NCBI GenBank assembly: GCA_963808625.1
Contig: CAWEHK010000044.1
Coordinates: forward strand, 1 to 64,000
DNA from: an uncultured delta proteobacterium
GTDB taxonomy: Bacteria; Desulfobacterota; Syntrophobacteria; Syntrophobacterales; Syntrophobacteraceae
Direction: 5' to 3'
DNA length: 64,000 nt
Shown here: positions 32,642 through 42,770 of the stretch, piece by piece
Numbering within the stretch: the stretch's first letter is position 1
Layout of the letters: each line of letters opens with the position of its first letter
The notes under the pieces: model-generated
Database searches by the model: none
Told to the model about the DNA's origin: nothing
Seen by the model: only the letters and a program-made list of their open reading frames with translations
Made by a program: the position numbers and the translations under genes

Positions 32642-32703
32642 CTCCAACAATGCGCTGAAGCGGATCGCCGAGAAAGCCGGCGCCCGCTTAGCTACCGTTC
32701 GGC
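32642..32703 (+). other. attC site (last recognisable)
   Basis: CTCCAAC (complement of upstream GTTGGAG)..gctgaagcgg..ccgcttagc..GTTCGGC. Confidence 0.9.
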
Positions 32704-33105
32704 TGGAAAAGCTGAAGCTCCGAGTAACAGCTGCCTTCTATCGTATTGTGGGGAAGCAACCGGTCGATTCGAGATATCTCCCTCCTCGAAATATCGACCC
32801 TCTTGATTTTTTCAAGGTTCGCGAATCTTACGTTCCCACTGAGTTGGGAAGCGGGTGGTTCGGAGGAGGAGTTGCCAGCGCTCCCTCCCCCATGACTCCT
32901 GATTATCCGTGTAGGGTCTCAATCGACCTCGTTGCTTCACCATCGCTGATCTTCCCGAGATATCGGTGAGTGGTAGAGAGATTCGAATCCTCCCAATGCT
33001 CACTTGCAAGATCCAGCACGCCGCGCTGGCGAGGGTGCTGGGTCAGGAGGGGGTGACGCCATTCAACGGGATCGCGGCGGGAGGCTAGGGCCACCGGTGT
33101 GGAGG

Positions 33106-33198
33106 TGTTCCATGATGGAACACTGTTCGAAAGGCGAACAGCGGGCATAAACCGTATTTAAACTCAGTGGTTAAGCAGTACTGTTCGATTAGCGAACA
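33106..33198. promoter_or_regulatory. Three TGTTC-N7-GAACA palindromes, putative AcoR upstream activating sites
   Basis: Located at 33106-33122, 33124-33140 and 33182-33198, upstream of a sigma54 promoter. Confidence 0.7.
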
Positions 33199-33354
33199 CT
33201 TTGATCTCAAGATTCTGCATCCGAACCGGCTCAACAAATGCTGCTCCGGTTCGTCGGGAGCGTTTGCCCCTAGCCCGGAGGCTTGGGCTTCAGAGCGGAA
33301 GTAGATCCCGCAGAAATGCCGATTGTCACTTCATGGGGATGCAACGATTCCTGC

Positions 33355-33370
33355 TGGCATGTCCTTTGCT
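33355..33370 (+). promoter_or_regulatory. Sigma54 (-24/-12) promoter
   Basis: TGGCAT-GTCCT-TTGCT matches TGGCAC-N5-TTGCW. Confidence 0.8.
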
Positions 33371-33438
33371 TGTTGCAGGGTATACTTGAGCTTTACCCCT
33401 TTAACTAATGCAATTACACCTATGGGAGGAATCCACCA

Positions 33439-34773
33439 GTGAGCGTTAATGTCATCATGCCGAAGCTGGGTATGACCATGCAGACGGGAAAAGTGTCCAA
33501 ATGGTCCAAGAAAGAAGGGGATCAGGTGCAGAAGGGTGAAGAGCTCTTCGAAGTGGAGACCGAGAAGATTACCAACAAGGTCGAAGCCCCGGCCAGCGGA
33601 ATCCTCTTCCAGATTGTCGTTCCAGAAGGAGCGACCGTTCCGGTCGGAGCCATTGTGGCGGTCATTGCGGAACCGGGAGAACAGCCCGAACGGATCGAGG
33701 GCATTCAGGTTGGTGAAATTGCCGAGGTTGCGCCGCAACCGGCGGGCGGGGCGCCGCCACAGGCCGAAGCCGAGAGGCCGAAGGAGCGAAGCGAAATCGT
33801 GGCGACGCCGGCGGCCAAACGTCTGGCCAAGGAACTCGGTGTGGATCTCGCTCTGGTGAAGGGCACCGGACCCGAGGGGCGCATCAGGGAGGCAGACGTT
33901 ACGCACTACCACGAGGAAGCCCAACGAAAACCCAAGATCACCCCGCTGGCCGAAGAAATCGCAAAACAGGCGGGCCTCGATCTATCCACGATTACGGGAA
34001 CGGGAGAAGGCGGGAAGATCACCCGGGAGGATGTAGAGCGTGCCCTGCAGCCCAGGCAACCGGTGGTCGCAGAACCAATGAAACCTGCCATGACGATCCC
34101 TTTGGCAGGCATGCGCAAGGCCATTGCCGATAACATGCACGCCAGCCTTCAAAACACCGCCCAGTTGAGCATGTTTACCGAGGTGGACGTCACCGAATCC
34201 CTGCGCTTGGTGAAGCTCATTCGCGAACAGTACAAGGGGGATGAAGCAGTCAGGGTCTCCATGAACGACGTCGTCATCCTGGCAACATCGAGGGCTCTCA
34301 AGCGCTTCCCCATCATGAACTCGACCCAGCTGGGCAATGACATCATCCTGCATGACCGCGTCGGTATGGGAATCGCGGTGGCCCTGCCTGATGGTCTGAT
34401 CGTGCCGGTGCTGCGGGATGCCGATCAAAAGGGACTTCTGGAGATTGCCCGCGAGGCGAGAGTGCTCATCGGGAAAGCCCGATCCGGCTCCCTCGGGATG
34501 GATGAAGTAACCGGCGGGACCTTCACCATCAGCAACCTCAGCGCATCGTGCGTGGACGCCTTCACGCCCATCCTGCGGCCCCCTGAAACGGGGATTCTCG
34601 GCCTCGGGCGCGTGGTGGAAAAGCCGGTCGTTTATCAGGGCGCAATAACGGCTCGCTCCATCATGGGACTGAGCCTGACCATCGATCACCGGGTGGTTGA
34701 CGGCGCCCCTGCCAGCGAATTCCTGCAGTTGCTGGTCCGCTATCTCGAACAGCCGATGCTCATGTTGACTTGA
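33439..34773 (+). CDS. acoC: Dihydrolipoamide acetyltransferase E2 of acetoin dehydrogenase
   Basis: Lipoyl domain VETEKI, two E3-binding domains and DHRVVDG. Confidence 0.9.
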   Translation: MSVNVIMPKLGMTMQTGKVSKWSKKEGDQVQKGEELFEVETEKITNKVEAPASGILFQIVVPEGATVPVGAIVAVIAEPGEQPERIEGIQVGEIAEVAPQPAGGAPPQAEAERPKERSEIVATPAAKRLAKELGVDLALVKGTGPEGRIREADVTHYHEEAQRKPKITPLAEEIAKQAGLDLSTITGTGEGGKITREDVERALQPRQPVVAEPMKPAMTIPLAGMRKAIADNMHASLQNTAQLSMFTEVDVTESLRLVKLIREQYKGDEAVRVSMNDVVILATSRALKRFPIMNSTQLGNDIILHDRVGMGIAVALPDGLIVPVLRDADQKGLLEIAREARVLIGKARSGSLGMDEVTGGTFTISNLSASCVDAFTPILRPPETGILGLGRVVEKPVVYQGAITARSIMGLSLTIDHRVVDGAPASEFLQLLVRYLEQPMLMLT

Positions 34774-34789
34774 TGAGGAGGTGCTTCAT

Positions 34790-36166
34790 ATGTTTGACGT
34801 GATTGTGATTGGAGGAGGATCCGGAGGATACGCCGCCGCGATCAGGGCCGCGCAACTCGGTGGGAAAGTCGCCTTGGTCGAAGCTGCCGAAATGGGTGGT
34901 ACGTGCGTGAACCGAGGCTGCATTCCGAGCAAGATCTGGATGCAGGCCGCCTCGCTCCTGCACCAGATGCGCAAGGCGCCCGACTTCGGGATCAAGGCCG
35001 CCATCGAGGAAATCGATTTCAAGACCCTGGTCGAGCGGAAGAACGGCGTTTCGGGAGACATCCGGATGGGGATGGATGCGCTCCTCCAGAACAACGGCGT
35101 GCAGGTGGTCCGCGGCCGCGCCGTGTTGAAAAGCCCCCGGGAAATTGACGTGGAGGGCAGGTTGATCGAAGCCCGCAGGGTTATCATCGCCACGGGGAGC
35201 TGCCTCGCCTTTCCCGCCGTGCCCGGTCTCGATGAAGCCGTGATCACCACCGATCAGGTGTTCGAGATGACGGAAGTCCCATCCTCGATCCTGATCTTTG
35301 ATTCCGGGTATCTCGAAGTGGAGATGGCCTTTCTCCTGAACGCCTTCGGTGCGAAGGTAATCCTCGCCGCCGCATCACCGCGCATCCTGCCCCACGAAGA
35401 TCATGACACCAGCCAGAGGATCACGCAGTCGCTGAGAGAAAAGGGTGTGGAGGTGATCACCCGTCATACGCTCGAAGCCATCTCAAAGGCTGAACCGGGG
35501 GTGGGGTGGTCCTGCCTGCTCGCCGGAGCCAAGGAACGCACCGTCGAAGTGCAAAAGGTGCTGGTCGCCTCGAGAAAGCCGGCGACCGCCAACATGGGGC
35601 TCGAAAAGGTTGGAGTGCAATTGAACGACGATGGCGCAATCCCCGTGAACAACCGGCTGGAGACTTCTGCGGAAGGCATTTACGCCATCGGTGACGCCAC
35701 CGGTGGCCGGATGCTGAGCCATGCCGCGTCTTCTATGGCGATTACGGCGGCGGAAAACTGCATGGGAAGGGTCAGCGTCTATCCCTTCCACCTGGTTCCT
35801 CGCGGCCTGTGGACGTTCCCGGAAGTGGGTGCGGTAGGCCTTTCCGAAGAGGAAGCGGAAAAGCAGGGAAAGGAAATCGAGGTCGGGAGCTTTCCCTACG
35901 CCATCAATGGGCTGGCCATGGCGCGCAACGAAGCGGGGGGCGCGGTGAAGGTGGTGGCGGGCGCTCAGTACGGGGAAATTCTCGGGGTGCATGTCGTTGG
36001 GGCCGGAGCCACGGACCTCGTAGGAGAAGCCGTGCTTGCCATGCAGCTCGAAGCAACCGTAAACGAGCTTGCCCGCAGTATCCGGGTGCATCCGACTTTT
36101 TCCGAAACCGTCGTTGATGCCGCCCGCGACGCGGCAGGCTGGGCTCTCTATTTGCCGAAACGCTGA
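34790..36166 (+). CDS. lpdA: Dihydrolipoamide dehydrogenase E3
   Basis: GGGSGG, GGTCVNRGCIPSK and HPTFSE. Confidence 0.92.
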   Translation: MFDVIVIGGGSGGYAAAIRAAQLGGKVALVEAAEMGGTCVNRGCIPSKIWMQAASLLHQMRKAPDFGIKAAIEEIDFKTLVERKNGVSGDIRMGMDALLQNNGVQVVRGRAVLKSPREIDVEGRLIEARRVIIATGSCLAFPAVPGLDEAVITTDQVFEMTEVPSSILIFDSGYLEVEMAFLLNAFGAKVILAAASPRILPHEDHDTSQRITQSLREKGVEVITRHTLEAISKAEPGVGWSCLLAGAKERTVEVQKVLVASRKPATANMGLEKVGVQLNDDGAIPVNNRLETSAEGIYAIGDATGGRMLSHAASSMAITAAENCMGRVSVYPFHLVPRGLWTFPEVGAVGLSEEEAEKQGKEIEVGSFPYAINGLAMARNEAGGAVKVVAGAQYGEILGVHVVGAGATDLVGEAVLAMQLEATVNELARSIRVHPTFSETVVDAARDAAGWALYLPKR

Positions 36167-36184
36167 TTCAGGCGATGACCCTTG

Positions 36185-36664
36185 GAGACTATCTCAAAGC
36201 TGCCTCATATCGTCACCCCGGCTGAAGCCCATGCGGGTCAACTTAAGCATTTGCTATCTACCCCGAAGGGGTTTCATAAGTCAGCCCAGGGTTAGCGAAA
36301 GCGCCACCCTGGGTCAGGAGATGCCATAAACCATCTTACCCTGAAGGGGTTACATCAAACAGAGTCATGGCGAGCACCCGGATCTGTTATGAAAAATGCT
36401 TTTTATGTAACCCTTTCAGGGTATGGATACTTGTTGTGCACCCATACCCAGGGTGGCGCTTTCGCTGACCCTGGGCTTACCTATACAACCCCTTCGGGGT
36501 AAAAGGGGATGCACCATCCTGATCGTGAAAGACTATGCGCCTTCCATCGCCTTAAATTGACGCCAATGGGCTGAAGCCGGGGTCCAGAACTCCACGGAAA
36601 ACCTGGATTCCGGCCTTCGCCGGAATGACGAATGAGAGCGTCTTGACGATTTTGAGATAGTTTC
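36185..36664. mobile_element. Nested MITE/REP composite
   Basis: Outer IR GAGACTATCTCAAA/TTTGAGATAGTTTC; inner element 36228-36570 flanked by duplicated CTGAAG. Confidence 0.7.
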
Positions 36665-36685
36665 TTGGGAGGGAGCAGAACATTC

Positions 36686-36820
36686 TATACTCGTTTGGGT
36701 TTCAAATCTGCTTTCTGTAGGAGCGGCACTTTGCCGCGACCTTGTTGAAATCGCGCCTCAGAGGCGCTCCTACAGGGAAGTTGTGGCTCCATAACGTGAA
36801 ACTTCTCAACCTGAACCGGT
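36686..36820. repeat. GTAG-type REP element (inverted copy at ~49834-49989; related doublet at 59015-59116)
   Basis: GTAGGAGCGGCACTTTGCCGCGAC versus GTCGCGGCAAAGTACCGCTCCTAC with conserved flanks. Confidence 0.75.
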
Positions 36821-36887
36821 GTAAAAAGAGGGCTCAAGAAGGCCGGACGGGCAGGGTACAGAATCAAACCATTTCAGGGCGTTGGAA

Positions 36888-38462
36888 ATGAGCGATACCT
36901 CAACTCCACACTTACAGGTTCTGGACTGGGGACTCCTGGATTACGGGGAGGCCTTGAAGCTCCAGGAAGCTTTGGTTTCCGAACGCATCGCGGGTCTTTC
37001 TCACGACCGGTTGGTGCTGGTTGAACATCCCCCGGTGGTGACCATCGGGCGAAGCGGCAACGCCAAAGACCTGCGGGTATGCGAAGAGGTCCTCAAGCAC
37101 AAGGGGGCGTCGGTATTCCGTATCGACCGCGGGGGTATGGCAACATTCCATGGCCCGGGGCAGCTTGTGGCTTACCCGATTCTCAAGCTCAGGGAAAAGG
37201 ACCTCCACCGGTATCTGCAAAAGCTCCTCAAGGCGGTTGCCGAAGTGCTCGAAAGCTATGGCCTGAGTCCCGAAATCGGAAGGCACGGGCAGGGCGTCTG
37301 GGTGGGTACGGCAAAGATCGCCAGTGTCGGCATTGCCGTTCGACGGTGGGTCACCTACCACGGGATGGCGTTAAACGTAAACACCGACCTCGCCTGGTTC
37401 GACACCATCAATCCCTGTGGGAACCCGGAGGAAACGATCACCTCCCTGGAGCGGGAACTGGGGCGCACGCCGGCCATGGGCGAAGTCAAAGACCGTTTCA
37501 TCGGCGCTTTCTGCCGGATCTTCGAGTATCCCCTGCGCCCGGAGGTGCGTCAGGTGACAAGAGATCGCCCTCCCTGGCTGGCTCTTCCGGCGCCGTCTCC
37601 GGAAGCCCTGCAGCGCATGGGAGCACTGCTCGGCCGTCTGCAGTTGGGCACCGTATGCCAGAGTGCCGGATGTCCCAACCTGGGGGAGTGCTTCGGCCGA
37701 GGGACCGCCACCTTCATGATCCTGGGCGCGACCTGCACCCGGACGTGCCGGTTCTGTGGCGTGAACAAAGGCGTTCCTGGCCTGGTGGACGAAGGCGAGC
37801 CCGAGCGCGTGGCGGAGGCCGTTGCGGCACTCGGCATCAGCCACGCAGTCATCACCTCGGTCACGCGGGATGATCTCCCGGATGGTGGAGCCGAGCAATT
37901 TGTAAGGACCATCGAAGTGATCCGCAATGGCTGCCCGGGTGTGACCATTGAAGTGCTGGTTCCGGATTTCAAGGGGTCTTTGAAGGCGCTTCAAAGGGTC
38001 TGTCATGCTCGCCCGGAGGTCTTCAATCACAATGTGGAGACGGTGGCGCGCCTCTATCCTCATGTTCGGCCGCAAGCCCGGTACCAGAGGTCGCTGCAAA
38101 TTCTCGAATACGCCGCGAGGGAGGGGTTGGTGGTGAAGTCCGGAATCATGCTGGGACTTGGTGAGACCGAGCGTGAAATCCTGGAGACGATTGCCGATCT
38201 CAGACAAACCGGCTGCTCCCGTCTCACCCTCGGACAGTATCTGTCACCGTCAAGAGATCACCTGCCCATAGCCAGGTATGTCTCGCCGGAGGAGTTCGAA
38301 CGGTGGGCGGCAACGGCACGATCGATGGGGTTTCGGGGAGTGGCGGCGGGGCCTCTCGTCCGGAGTTCCTATCGTGCCGAGGACATGGGCCTTGCGGCTA
38401 AGGGGGCGCCCACAAATAAAGAACTTTCTTTTACCACGAAGAACACGAAGGCCACGAAGTGA
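36888..38462 (+). CDS. lipA: Fused octanoyltransferase LipB - lipoyl synthase LipA
   Basis: EHPPV.T.G, DRGG..T.HGPGQLV.YP and KIASVG (LipB); C.SA.CPN..EC, CTRTCRFC and VRSSY (LipA). Confidence 0.92.
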   Translation: MSDTSTPHLQVLDWGLLDYGEALKLQEALVSERIAGLSHDRLVLVEHPPVVTIGRSGNAKDLRVCEEVLKHKGASVFRIDRGGMATFHGPGQLVAYPILKLREKDLHRYLQKLLKAVAEVLESYGLSPEIGRHGQGVWVGTAKIASVGIAVRRWVTYHGMALNVNTDLAWFDTINPCGNPEETITSLERELGRTPAMGEVKDRFIGAFCRIFEYPLRPEVRQVTRDRPPWLALPAPSPEALQRMGALLGRLQLGTVCQSAGCPNLGECFGRGTATFMILGATCTRTCRFCGVNKGVPGLVDEGEPERVAEAVAALGISHAVITSVTRDDLPDGGAEQFVRTIEVIRNGCPGVTIEVLVPDFKGSLKALQRVCHARPEVFNHNVETVARLYPHVRPQARYQRSLQILEYAAREGLVVKSGIMLGLGETEREILETIADLRQTGCSRLTLGQYLSPSRDHLPIARYVSPEEFERWAATARSMGFRGVAAGPLVRSSYRAEDMGLAAKGAPTNKELSFTTKNTKATK

Positions 38463-38717
38463 TTTCTTCGTGCTCTTCTTTTCTTCGTGGTTCGAAAAAG
38501 GGCTGAAATGAGTGCAAGTTGTTTTTGGACAGTGTCTAAGTACAGCACCACATGAATGGGTGTCCGATATCCACCCGTCATGCCCGCGAAGGCGGGCATC
38601 CAGGATTCTTCTTCTGGATTCCCGCTAAAAGCATGCGGGAATGACGTCTTGGGGTAATGGTCACGCTATCCGGTGGTGCTGCACTCAGGTATCGTGTTGA
38701 GTCAAAGGAGTTAAGTC

Positions 38718-39080
38718 GTGGCAGGAAATCGCTTCATCGTAGAAATAGGGACGGGCATGGACCTTCATGGTGAAGACGTCACCAAGGCGGCATGCCGTGC
38801 CGTCAAGGATGCGATCTCGAGCAGTTGCCTGTGCGGCCTGGTTGAGATTCTCGGGATTCAGGACCTGCAGGCGGTAGAGGTGGAGATCGTCGTAGCCGTG
38901 CCGAGACCCCAGGATGTCGATTTGCATCGGGTAATGGCCGAAGTCCCCATTGGACGCAAGACCGCGAAGGCCATCGAGGGCGGCATGATGACGCAGGGAC
39001 TGTGTGTCGCTCAGTTTGCTCCCGATTGCAGTCAGATCGTGGTGGCCAATGCGGCCGTGACCGTATCCATCAACCGGTAG
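38718..39080 (+). CDS. Lin0512 family protein
   Basis: EIGTGMDLHGEDVTKAA.RAV.DAI motif. Confidence 0.85.
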   Translation: MAGNRFIVEIGTGMDLHGEDVTKAACRAVKDAISSSCLCGLVEILGIQDLQAVEVEIVVAVPRPQDVDLHRVMAEVPIGRKTAKAIEGGMMTQGLCVAQFAPDCSQIVVANAAVTVSINR

Positions 39081-39125
39081 CACTAAAGGTTAGGGTCAGT
39101 CACAAGAATCCGGTGCAATTACTTG

Positions 39126-39384
39126 GAGGCTGTCTGAAAATTCAAATTTTGCGCAAAACTCGAAGGAAAAATCCTCCTTTAGACAAGGGGGGAGGTCGCT
39201 CGTTCGCTCGTTCCCAAGCTCCAGCTTGGGAACGTAAGCAGGGAGCTCCAGCTTCCCGTGCCTGTTGAGTATCAGGTGGTATCTATACGTTCGACGAAGC
39301 TGGAGCTTCCAAGCAGATGGGTTCCCAAGCCAGAGCTTGGGAACCAGCTTTAACCAGCTTTAAGGGGAATTTTCAGACAGCCTT
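39126..39384. mobile_element. MITE-like element enclosing TTCCCAAGC..GCTTGGGAA palindromes (second copy ~52670-52896, inverted)
   Basis: IR GAGGCTGTCTGAAAATT/AATTTTCAGACAGCCT; internal palindromes shared with the 52.7-kb copy. Confidence 0.65.
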
Positions 39385-39591
39385 TCAGTCTGTGGGGCAG
39401 GTTTTCCAGCCTGCCACTAGTCTGGCAGGCTTGAAAGCTTGCCCCACCATCAAGCAGGAAGATGAGTCACTTATTTTTGTGGAACCCCTTACGCAAAGGA
39501 GGGACTTGGGAAGACCAGCAGCACATTGCGAAGAGTCGGAGAGAAACTTCAGGATTTCAGCTCAAGAACATTAAGGTGGAGGAATAAAAAG

Positions 39592-40555
39592 ATGGAAATC
39601 AGCAATGAGAAAATGATCGACATGTATACGGTCATGACCAGGATTCGAACGTTTGAGAGTCGGGTCGCCGAACTTTTCGCCGCAGGGAAGGTTCCGGGCT
39701 TTGTCCATCTTTATGTCGGCGAGGAAGCGGTGGCGACAGGCGTGTGCGGCAATCTCCGCAACTCAGACTACATCACCAGCACCCACCGCGGCCACGGGCA
39801 TCTGATCGCCAAAGGGGGCGACACGAAGCTGATGATGGCCGAGCTCTTTGGCAGGAAGACCGGGTATTGCAAGGGCAAAGGCGGATCGATGCACATTGCC
39901 GACCGCGACCTGGGGATTCTCGGCGCCAATGGCATTGTCGGTGCGGGGCCTCCGCTTGCCGCCGGCGCTGCCCTGGCGTGCCAATATCAGGGGAAGGACG
40001 ATGTGGCGATCTGCTTCTTTGGTGACGGGGCATCGAACCAGGGGACGACCCATGAGGCCATGAATCTGGCCAGCTGCTGGAAACTGCCGGTCGTCTTTGT
40101 CAACGAAAACAACCTTTACGGCATCTCCTCGTGCACCATCAACTCCATGTGCATCCCGAACATCGCGGACCGGGCCAGCGCTTACGACATGCCGGGTGTT
40201 ACGGTGGACGGGAACGACGTCATGGCCGTGTATGAGGCGGCCCAGGAGGCGATCAAGCGCGCCCGACAGGGACAGGGACCAACGCTGATCGAGTGCAAGA
40301 CCTACCGCCACCGGGGCCACTTCGAGGGTGATCCCTGTGTGTACCGGAACACGAAAGAGCTCGACGAATGGAAAGAGAAAGACCCGATTCCCCGCTTCGA
40401 GCAGCGACTCGTTGACCTGCGGCGTGCTGACCCCGGAAAGAATCGAGGCCATCAAGGACGCCATGAAGAACGAAATCGTGGCTGCGGAGCGTTTTGCTGA
40501 AGAGAGCCCCTATCCGGCGGTGGCCGAGATCATGGATGACGTTTACACCGTGTAG
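39592..40555 (+). CDS. acoA: Acetoin dehydrogenase E1 alpha (frameshift near end)
   Basis: GFVHLYVGEEA, STHRGHGH, GKGGSMH, FFGDGASN and TYRHRGHFEGD. Confidence 0.92.
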
Positions 40556-40618
40556 GCGGGAAACTCAGCGTGCAGGCATTTCCCTGATAGTTCATTCCAT
40601 CCAAAGGAGGATGACAAT

Positions 40619-41596
40619 ATGCCGACCATGACATTTGCCCAGGCTTTGAATGATGCCCATCGAATCGAGATGCTGCGAGACCCCAACGTCTATATCGCAG
40701 GAGAGGACGTGGGCACCTATGGTGGAATATTTGGCGTAACGGCAGGACTGATCGACCAGTTCGGCACGAAAAGAGTGCGCGATACGCCCATTACCGAAAG
40801 CGCCATCATCGGAACGGCGGTCGGCGCTGCATCGTGCGGGCTGCGGCCGGTGGTCGAGTTGATGTTCGTTGACTTTATCGGGGTGGCCATGGATCAGCTT
40901 TTCAACCAGGCTGCCAAGATGAAGTACATGTTCGGCGGCAAGGCAAAAATCCCCATGGTTCTGAGAGCCACGTGCGGGGCGGGAATCGGCGCTGCCGCTC
41001 AGCATTCCCAGTGTCTCGAAGCTTGGTTCATGCACGTCCCCGGCCTCAAGGTGGTGATGCCGAGCACCCCCTACGACGCCAAAGGGCTGCTCATTGCCTC
41101 CATTCGGGACAACAACCCGGTGGTTTTCCTCGAACACAAGATGCTTTATGCAAGAGAAGGCGAAGTTCCCGAGGGGGAATACACCGTGCCCCTGGGTAAG
41201 GCCGATATCAAGCGCGAAGGCAAAGACGTTACCGTGGTCGCCACTGCCCAGATGGTGCATGTCGCCCTGGGTGCCGCGGAGAAGCTGGCTGCCGAAGGGG
41301 TCAGTGTCGAAGTGGTAGACCCTCGCACCCTGTCGCCCCTGGATGAAGAGACCATTCTGAACTCGGTGCGGAAGACCCATCGCCTGGTGATCGTGACCGA
41401 GGAAGTGAAGTTTGCCGGCTCGAGTGCCGAGATTGCCGCCATTGTTTCGGAAAAGGCATTCGATCGCCTGGATGCTCCCATCCTCCGCGTCGCGGCGCCG
41501 TTTGTGCCGGTGCCGTTCTCCCCGGTTCTGGAAAAGGAGTACGTCCCCAGCGAAGAGAAGGTCATTCAGGCAATCAAAACGGTGATGGAATCGTAG
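40619..41596 (+). CDS. acoB: Acetoin dehydrogenase E1 beta
   Basis: GEDVG, DTPITESA, AAQHSQ and VDPRTLSPLD. Confidence 0.93.
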   Translation: MPTMTFAQALNDAHRIEMLRDPNVYIAGEDVGTYGGIFGVTAGLIDQFGTKRVRDTPITESAIIGTAVGAASCGLRPVVELMFVDFIGVAMDQLFNQAAKMKYMFGGKAKIPMVLRATCGAGIGAAAQHSQCLEAWFMHVPGLKVVMPSTPYDAKGLLIASIRDNNPVVFLEHKMLYAREGEVPEGEYTVPLGKADIKREGKDVTVVATAQMVHVALGAAEKLAAEGVSVEVVDPRTLSPLDEETILNSVRKTHRLVIVTEEVKFAGSSAEIAAIVSEKAFDRLDAPILRVAAPFVPVPFSPVLEKEYVPSEEKVIQAIKTVMES

Positions 41597-41619
41597 ACAG
41601 CAAAGAAAGGGGGAAGCTT

Positions 41620-42624
41620 TTGTCACTCGTGGGAATCGTTGCCAATCCGGCGTCCGGCAAGGATATTCGGAGACTGGTGGCTTACGGCAGCTCCTTTGAT
41701 AATCAGGAAAAGGTGCGGATTGTGCGCCGTGTCCTCCTGGGCCTGCAGGCTGTGGGTGTGGACCGTATCTGCTACATGCCCGACTACTACGGAATCGTGC
41801 CGAGAGCTCTGGACAGCTTGAAGATTGATATCCCCATTCACCCGTTGGATTTCGACACGAAAGCGGACCAGCGAGACTCAACCGAAGCGGCGCGAATTAT
41901 GGAGAAAGAGGGCGCAACCTGTATCGTCACTCTCGGGGGGGATGGGACCAATCGTGTCGTGGCCAAAGGGACAACAAGGGTCCCCATCCTGCCGATTTCC
42001 ACGGGAACCAACAATGTTTTCCCCTTTATGGTCGAAGCCACGGTAGCGGGACTGGCCGCCGGTCTGGTTGCCACAGGGGCGGTGCCGTTGGCGGAAAGCA
42101 CCTTTCTCTCCACCAGGCTGAATGTCAAGGTGGACGGAGAGGTTGTAGACCTGGCCCTGGTCGATGTGGCCGTTTGCAGCGACCTGTTTGTGGCATCGAG
42201 AGCGGTGTGGGACCTCCGGAAGGTGAATCAGATCTTCCTGAATCGCGCCGAACCGGACTCCATCGGCCTCTCTTCCATCGGGGGGCTGCTGCACCCGGTG
42301 ACGGCGGAAGAACCGTACGGCCTGTGCCTCGATCTTGGGGGCCGCGGACGCTCCGTCAAAGCGCCGGTGGCCCCGGGAATTATTGAACGAGTCTTTGTCA
42401 AGGACACGCGCATCATGCGTGTGGGCGAGGAAGTGGAGATCCGCAGCGTACCCTCAGTCCTGGCCCTGGACGGTGAACGGGAAGTGGAGGTGCGGCGGGG
42501 GCATCACGCTGCCATCCACCTCTCTGAGGAAGGTCCCGTGGTGGTGGATGTGAAGCGGACCATGAACAGTGCCATGAAGAGGAGGATTCTGGTTCCGGCA
42601 CTGGACGATGAAGGAACCGCCTGA
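41620..42624 (+). CDS. acoX: AcoX (ATP-NAD kinase-like)
   Basis: ANPASGKDIRRLVA, LGGDGTNR, STGTNNVFP and ALDGERE. Confidence 0.9.
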   Translation: MSLVGIVANPASGKDIRRLVAYGSSFDNQEKVRIVRRVLLGLQAVGVDRICYMPDYYGIVPRALDSLKIDIPIHPLDFDTKADQRDSTEAARIMEKEGATCIVTLGGDGTNRVVAKGTTRVPILPISTGTNNVFPFMVEATVAGLAAGLVATGAVPLAESTFLSTRLNVKVDGEVVDLALVDVAVCSDLFVASRAVWDLRKVNQIFLNRAEPDSIGLSSIGGLLHPVTAEEPYGLCLDLGGRGRSVKAPVAPGIIERVFVKDTRIMRVGEEVEIRSVPSVLALDGEREVEVRRGHHAAIHLSEEGPVVVDVKRTMNSAMKRRILVPALDDEGTA

Positions 42625-42770
42625 ATTTATAGCACTTGGCAATGAGTTATCGTCGAAGATGGGGAGACCGACGCGGTTTCAGAAACCGCGTCGGTCTGGA
42701 TGTCACGGACAGACATTCTTTGTCGAGGCCTGTCCCCTGCTCCCCCTTGCGCAGAAGAGAGGAGGAATAA

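Noticed and set aside
32704..33100. Further cassette after the last attC
   Set aside because: No intact ORF with a start signal and no closing attC could be identified.
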